Source of the DNA: a virus
Taxonomy: Duplodnaviria > Caudoviricetes
DNA: 64,000 bases
IMG/VR virus record: IMGVR_UViG_3300029288_005873
Location: 1 to 64,000 of that record
Reading direction: 5' to 3' (one strand)
The notes beneath the pieces are model-generated. The model ran no database searches. It saw only the letters and a program-made list of their open reading frames with translations, and was not told where the DNA came from. Below are positions 59,553 through 64,000 of the stretch, one piece after another (the first letter of the stretch is position 1; each line of letters begins with the position of its first letter). The position numbers and the translations under genes were made by a program.

Positions 59553-59880
59553 ACCAAAACAAATTTTTATGAGGATATTCGCAATTAAAACCTATTTCGA
59601 ATAGACCTTCGCGTTCCTCTGTGGATGTGATACAAAGAAGAAACGTCTGTGATGTAAAATCTACACTATGAGACATATGTAGACTATCTGGCATCTTATT
59701 TATATCTATATTGGCATATCTACCAACAATAAAGTGTATAGCATCAATTTCTGATATCCCTAGAGCCGTTTGAACACGATATATTGCCACCTTTGGAATT
59801 CTTAGAATTACGCCCCAAAAAGGCTTGCGAATAATCCTATCTAGTTTGGACAATTTGTCCTCCATCGGTTCTTTACTCAT
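59530..59880 (-). CDS. Hypothetical protein
   Basis: ORF in gene run. Confidence 0.55.
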   Translation of the reverse strand: MSKEPMEDKLSKLDRIIRKPFWGVILRIPKVAIYRVQTALGISEIDAIHFIVGRYANIDINKMPDSLHMSHSVDFTSQTFLLCITSTEEREGLFEIGFNCEYPHKNLFWCVSDAQI

Positions 59881-60084
59881 TCACCACCTCGTGGTAATTG
59901 CTTCTAGCCTACCAATAAGCGTGGCAAGCCTTAGCCTAAGATGGATGTTTGATTCCATCAAATTTTGTAAAGCCTTGGGATCGCCATAGTTTAGAAGAAC
60001 TCTGTTACCAGATTCTACAGCATCCTTGTACACGGACTCAACATATTCCCTAAGTGCCGCAATTTCTTTTCTATTTATCCACAT
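59881..60084 (-). CDS. Hypothetical protein
   Basis: AAGGA upstream. Confidence 0.55.
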   Translation of the reverse strand: MWINRKEIAALREYVESVYKDAVESGNRVLLNYGDPKALQNLMESNIHLRLRLATLIGRLEAITTRW

Positions 60085-60095
60085 AATTATCCTTG

Positions 60096-60166
60096 AAGCG
60101 GGAATCAGAATCGAACTGATGTATCCAGGTTATGAGCCTGGAACCTGACCACTAGGCTATCCCGCA
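60096..60166 (-). tRNA. tRNA-Met(CAT)
   Basis: GCGGGA/TCCCGC with unpaired 1:72, CCAGG-CTCATAA-CCTGG, ATCAG-TTCGATT-CTGAT. Confidence 0.85.
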
Positions 60167-60167
60167 G

Positions 60168-60238
60168 TTGCAGGACCAGGAGTTAAACCTGGAACTCTGG
60201 GACTTGGGCCCAGTATGATGTCGTTTCACCATCCTGCG
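60168..60238 (-). tRNA. Initiator-type tRNA body with CAA anticodon
   Basis: C1:A72 mismatch, CTGGG-CCCAAGT-CCCAG, CCAGG-TTTAACT-CCTGG. Confidence 0.65.
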
Positions 60239-60246
60239 AAAAAACT

Positions 60247-60630
60247 TTATCGTACTACATTTTCTCTTCCTAACTTTGTTAACTTAGCAGCCCAATCAGT
60301 CTTGTGGAATCTGATCATTTTGTAATCCAGCAACTCCAACCAACAACGTCTAATGGTACAAACTGTGGCTCTTAACTCCTTGGCTAGTTCAAAATCATTT
60401 ATCCATTTTGAACAATCATATTTACTCATGACATTCAATACCCGCTCTTTATTTATTCTACCTCGTTTAGGACGTCTCCTTTTTGCCACTTTACGTTTGC
60501 GTATTATCTCTTGAATTACTCTAATACAATAATCAAAATTTACCGAGGCAACACGACTAATACCATCAATAGCTTCCAAAGCATCCAAATCGGAGATAGG
60601 GTTCTTAATCTTTTCGATCAGTGACCTCAT
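60247..60630 (-). CDS. Basic hypothetical protein, possible winged HTH
   Basis: ELAKELRATVCTIRR...LTKLG. Confidence 0.55.
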   Translation of the reverse strand: MRSLIEKIKNPISDLDALEAIDGISRVASVNFDYCIRVIQEIIRKRKVAKRRRPKRGRINKERVLNVMSKYDCSKWINDFELAKELRATVCTIRRCWLELLDYKMIRFHKTDWAAKLTKLGRENVVR

Positions 60631-60859
60631 GATTAAACCTTTCACAATTACAACAAAGAGAACACCTTTTACACATATTACAGAAATCATGAGCGGCTAA
60701 ACAGCAATGCGCACAAACTCTCCTAGTAAGAATCCAGACAAGCAATTTCAAAAATGCGATAAATGCCAGAATGAAACCAACCGTGCCAAACAAATATACA
60801 AGCGAAAAACCCAACGATATCCTTAGAGATTCTCCCACACTATGTGTAATATTAATCAT
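60605..60859 (-). CDS. Small membrane protein with Cys-rich tail
   Basis: One TM helix, Cys cluster. Confidence 0.5.
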   Translation of the reverse strand: MINITHSVGESLRISLGFSLVYLFGTVGFILAFIAFLKLLVWILTRRVCAHCCLAAHDFCNMCKRCSLCCNCERFNHEVTDRKD

Positions 60860-61061
60860 CCCTGTTTACCTCCTTGCGAAGCTTTAAAGTTTCAGCATAA
60901 AATTCAACTAAAATCTTTGCTTCCTCAGGAGTATCTGCCCTCTTTTTGTCTAAAAAAGCAAGAAATTCGACAACAGCTTTGCGCATCCACTTAAGGCGAT
61001 AATAATTGTCGTTAGCTATCTCAGAATTGCGCTGATTTGCCATCTCATCATTGACACTCAT
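60852..61061 (-). CDS. Hypothetical protein
   Basis: ORF in gene run. Confidence 0.55.
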   Translation of the reverse strand: MSVNDEMANQRNSEIANDNYYRLKWMRKAVVEFLAFLDKKRADTPEEAKILVEFYAETLKLRKEVNRDD

Positions 61062-61063
61062 TA

Positions 61064-61333
61064 TTAGTCCCTCAAATATTTATTACAAAGAATATTAAGT
61101 GATTCTCTAGCAGTAGCTAGTGCTTTATCCAATTCTTTTAATACAATCGCTTCGCTTGAGAAACCTCTGGAAAACACATCTAATGCCTTTTGGACATCGG
61201 GACACCATCTCAGCATATCAAACGCTTTATATTTTCCAGCCATATCCATGTCACATATCCAATATGTTAATACCTTATCTACAATTGGTTGTCCGATACG
61301 ATATTTTGGCCACTCAACCCCATCATCTTTCAT
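61064..61333 (-). CDS. Hypothetical protein
   Basis: GGAGG upstream of MKDD. Confidence 0.6.
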   Translation of the reverse strand: MKDDGVEWPKYRIGQPIVDKVLTYWICDMDMAGKYKAFDMLRWCPDVQKALDVFSRGFSSEAIVLKELDKALATARESLNILCNKYLRD

Positions 61334-61346
61334 ATCTTCCTCCAAA

Positions 61347-61418
61347 AGCTAGCTGGCAGAATCGAACTGCAAAAGGCGCTGTACAAGGGCGCTGAGGAGC
61401 CTTTCCCCAACAGCTAGC
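61347..61418 (-). tRNA. Degenerate tRNA-Thr(TGT)
   Basis: GCTAGCT/AGCTAGC, loop CTTGTAC, GCAG-TTCGATT-CTGC; aberrant D arm. Confidence 0.55.
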
Positions 61419-61878
61419 AATCCTTTTTTCTATCTACTCTTATTAATGCATGACAATTAGCGCAGAGTATACTCAAATTCTCAAAACTGTTGTTCTTAGA
61501 ATTTTGATCATTATGATGTAGCTCTAGAGGAGCTGGTTGTCCGCACCAGACTGTTAATCCGCACATCTCGCATCGTTTTTCTTTGAGACCGCTGTGCCAT
61601 AACTTTTCTTTCAGTTTAGTTGTAGAGATATATGGTCCATTCAGGACAAGATATTTATCTAGACGTCTAGCAATCTGTTGCGGAAACCTTTGTTCTTTAT
61701 TCCAAGTTTTACCTCGAAAATGACTTGAATCAAAACCAAGTTTATTGGCAAGTCTCTGAATATGAACATAGGTTCCACCGGCTGCGCATAGTCCGAGTTT
61801 ACGAATAACGGAGCCCCAAGAAAAAGAGTTTCTAATAGCTTCTGCCAGTTCTTGATCTGTATAACGTCTTATTCTCAT
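61414..61878 (-). CDS. HNH homing endonuclease within tRNA cluster
   Basis: CEMCG...LELHH...N...NLSILCANCH. Confidence 0.88.
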   Translation of the reverse strand: MRIRRYTDQELAEAIRNSFSWGSVIRKLGLCAAGGTYVHIQRLANKLGFDSSHFRGKTWNKEQRFPQQIARRLDKYLVLNGPYISTTKLKEKLWHSGLKEKRCEMCGLTVWCGQPAPLELHHNDQNSKNNSFENLSILCANCHALIRVDRKKDC

Positions 61879-61892
61879 GCCATATTACCTAA

Positions 61893-61966
61893 TGCCCCTA
61901 ATCGGATTCGAACCGATACTGTCCAGTTTTTGAAACTGGTGCCTATACCTGTTTGGCTACAGGGGC
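61893..61966 (-). tRNA. tRNA-Leu(CAA), short variable loop
   Basis: GCCCCTG/TAGGGGC, CCAGT-TTCAAAA-ACTGG, ATCGG-TTCGAAT-CCGAT. Confidence 0.85.
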
Positions 61967-61971
61967 AATAA

Positions 61972-62053
61972 TACAGAGGGAGGGAATCGAACCCTCACGT
62001 CCGAGGACACAGGATTTTAAGTCCTACGCGTCTACCTGTTTCGCCACCCCTGC
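61972..62053 (-). tRNA. tRNA-Leu(TAA)
   Basis: TAGGA-CTTAAAA-TCCTG, variable arm GTCC-TC-GGAC, GAGGG-TTCGATT-CCCTC. Confidence 0.9.
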
Positions 62054-62059
62054 ATCTTA

Positions 62060-63223
62060 TTATTTCTCATTCAGTCTTATGTCTATCCCGCGCATGGACA
62101 GACCATCAATCATCCTCTTAAAAAATACATCATTACTACCAAGTAGTTCGGGCGGAACAACACCAAGCTGTACAAGCTCGCCCTTAGCCAGCATTCTGGC
62201 AATAATAGCACAAGGAAAACCTGTAGTGCGCGCCATAGATGAAAAACCTGTCAGTGGATCATATTCATCATATAGGTCCCATACATATGACTTCTTAATT
62301 CCTCCGTTTGTCCCCTCAACTATGACACGCATAACTGTAAAATCTTCTTCGTCCTTGGGCATTTTCCAAGCATCAAAAAGCAATTTTGTAGTAACATCAA
62401 AAGGTCTAATATTCTGTCCACCAATGTTAATTGAATCAGTCGAAAAAAATCCAGTTTCCCTGAGCATCCGCATTTTTTCCGCATGACCAGGAAAGCGTAA
62501 TGTTTTCTCTTTCATAAAAGGAGCATTGAGATTATCTCCTATTGAACGAAGTCCGTCCGTATTAAATGCTTCTAATGTTCCAACCCCTGGTAGATCTATA
62601 AGTTCTACATCAGTCAATGCAGGCTTATTAACCCATTGACCTCCTTCAATCCACCTAGCTGGACGCGTATATTCTTCTATTACATCAGCAGGAGAAAAAA
62701 CAATCCGATACTCAAATGGCCACACTCGCCTCTTTGGAAGACCACCGACAAGTATAAGCATACGCTCAACATGGTCTAGCATATGTGTCGCTCGACCACA
62801 AAACAGATTCGATAAACCTGGTGCGACACCACAATCAACAATTGCTGTAACACCATTCTGTTTTGCTAACCCATCAAGCTCCATAGCATTCTCTGGCATG
62901 AAGGAAATGTCGGCAAAAGATTTTCTAGCTTCAATAACTGTACGCAATGTACGATAGCCAAGAAAACCTGGCATAGCGCCAATAACAACATCTGCGTTTT
63001 TGATCACATCACGAAGAACATCCTGATCTGAAAGATCATCACAAATAGTGTCCAAGCTACAATAAACCGTGGGCTCCAAAACTAATGTAATATCCTGTTT
63101 CAGCTTATGTAATGCGCTAGCATTACAATCGGCAACAGTTACATTCATACCCTTATCACGGATAAGGTCCAATGCCATAATCCTACCAACTAAACCTGCG
63201 CCGAGAACAGTTATGTTTGGCAT
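62060..63223 (-). CDS. Saccharopine dehydrogenase/lysine 6-dehydrogenase family
   Basis: LGAGLVG, DISF, DCGVAPGLSN, EEYTRP, TDGLRS, EKTLRFPGH, SMARTTG. Confidence 0.9.
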   Translation of the reverse strand: MPNITVLGAGLVGRIMALDLIRDKGMNVTVADCNASALHKLKQDITLVLEPTVYCSLDTICDDLSDQDVLRDVIKNADVVIGAMPGFLGYRTLRTVIEARKSFADISFMPENAMELDGLAKQNGVTAIVDCGVAPGLSNLFCGRATHMLDHVERMLILVGGLPKRRVWPFEYRIVFSPADVIEEYTRPARWIEGGQWVNKPALTDVELIDLPGVGTLEAFNTDGLRSIGDNLNAPFMKEKTLRFPGHAEKMRMLRETGFFSTDSINIGGQNIRPFDVTTKLLFDAWKMPKDEEDFTVMRVIVEGTNGGIKKSYVWDLYDEYDPLTGFSSMARTTGFPCAIIARMLAKGELVQLGVVPPELLGSNDVFFKRMIDGLSMRGIDIRLNEK

Positions 63224-63226
63224 TTA

Positions 63227-63496
63227 CTATCTCCCACATTTTGTACAAATATCATACATACTTGTTATTCCAAGTACTCTTTTTGTCATTGCCCCGCACC
63301 AGAAACATTCCGCACGCCCATCGTTGTTTTTTGGTTCTAATTTTGGTTCTTGAGTCGATATTTCCTGAAACCTATATCTCTCATAACCTCCGTCTACTTG
63401 TCCAAAACGTCTATTATCTTTGCGGTCCCATACAACCCATATAAAACCACTAAATGAATTCCAACGGTCAGGAAAATACTTCTTACCATCTACCAC
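63227..63496 (-). CDS. Protein with shared C-terminal NNxGR-CFWCG zinc ribbon
   Basis: PKNNDGRAECFWCG...YDICTKCGR. Confidence 0.65.
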   Translation of the reverse strand: MVDGKKYFPDRWNSFSGFIWVVWDRKDNRRFGQVDGGYERYRFQEISTQEPKLEPKNNDGRAECFWCGAMTKRVLGITSMYDICTKCGR

Positions 63497-63678
63497 AGTA
63501 GCTCTAGTACCAAGCTGTGCAGACAGGCTAGCACAATCTATAAGTTCCTGGAGGCAATTGTATTAATGGCTCACCGCTCGGCATAAAATAATAGTTTATG
63601 AAATTCATCTAAACTCCAAAGATCATTGTATTGTACGTTATATGGTTATAGGAACATTTTATAATACCATATGATACA

Positions 63679-63960
63679 TTAAGCATGCACTGATATGGCG
63701 CGTTCCGCCAGATCAGAGAGAAAAACAATTACCTTGTCCGTCTCCGACTTCTTCAAAGGTTTTGCTTTGTAGAATGTAACTTTATATCCACCAAACGTCC
63801 CATTGTTCTGAATCAGAATGTCATAATGATCTAGCCGCCTTGGTTGTCTCCTCGGCACACCAATAGAAAACGAATACAAAGGATGACCTGTTGTGAACTC
63901 GATAATTTCAGACATTATCTGTGCTCCAACTTCTAACAGTTTCGCCTCACCATCTTCCAT
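63679..63960 (-). CDS. Hypothetical protein (may extend beyond window)
   Basis: ORF at window edge. Confidence 0.45.
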   Translation of the reverse strand: MEDGEAKLLEVGAQIMSEIIEFTTGHPLYSFSIGVPRRQPRRLDHYDILIQNNGTFGGYKVTFYKAKPLKKSETDKVIVFLSDLAERAISVHA

Positions 63961-64000
63961 GTCGATTACGCCAAGTGTCCACCTAGTTTGTGGACGACTA

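Overview
A 64-kb segment of what looks like a large (jumbo/huge) tailed-phage genome. Evidence: dense, almost entirely minus-strand gene packing with ATGA/TGATG overlaps, many short orphan ORFs, free-standing HNH/GIY-YIG endonucleases, scattered tRNA clusters and isolated host-like genes lacking their usual operons. It encodes replication/repair functions (SbcCD, Prim-Pol, FtsK, GyrB, YacG, UDG, DEDDh exonuclease), an MTase-NgoPII-like REase-MTase module, nucleotide and cofactor enzymes (dCMP deaminase, PurA, GuaB/GuaC, CoaD, CoaE, IscS), a translation toolkit (Pth2, YqeY, RF1-like factor, EF-Ts, SpoU, about 10 tRNAs) and a serpin. Two signals stand out and are absent from the ORF track. (1) A self-contained unit: sigma70 promoter, 249-aa helical protein, 75-aa ORF, ~420-nt structured RNA, terminator. 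The RNA holds two circularly permuted tRNA-like modules, one with the alanine identity pair G3-U70/A73 followed by a tmRNA-tag-like frame. (2) An N-terminally truncated RF1-type release factor whose start is reached only through an RF2 (prfB)-type +1 frameshift cassette, AGGGGG-TGT-CTT-TGA-C. All family calls are from motif recognition by eye; no searches or folding programs were run. The host cannot be determined from this window.
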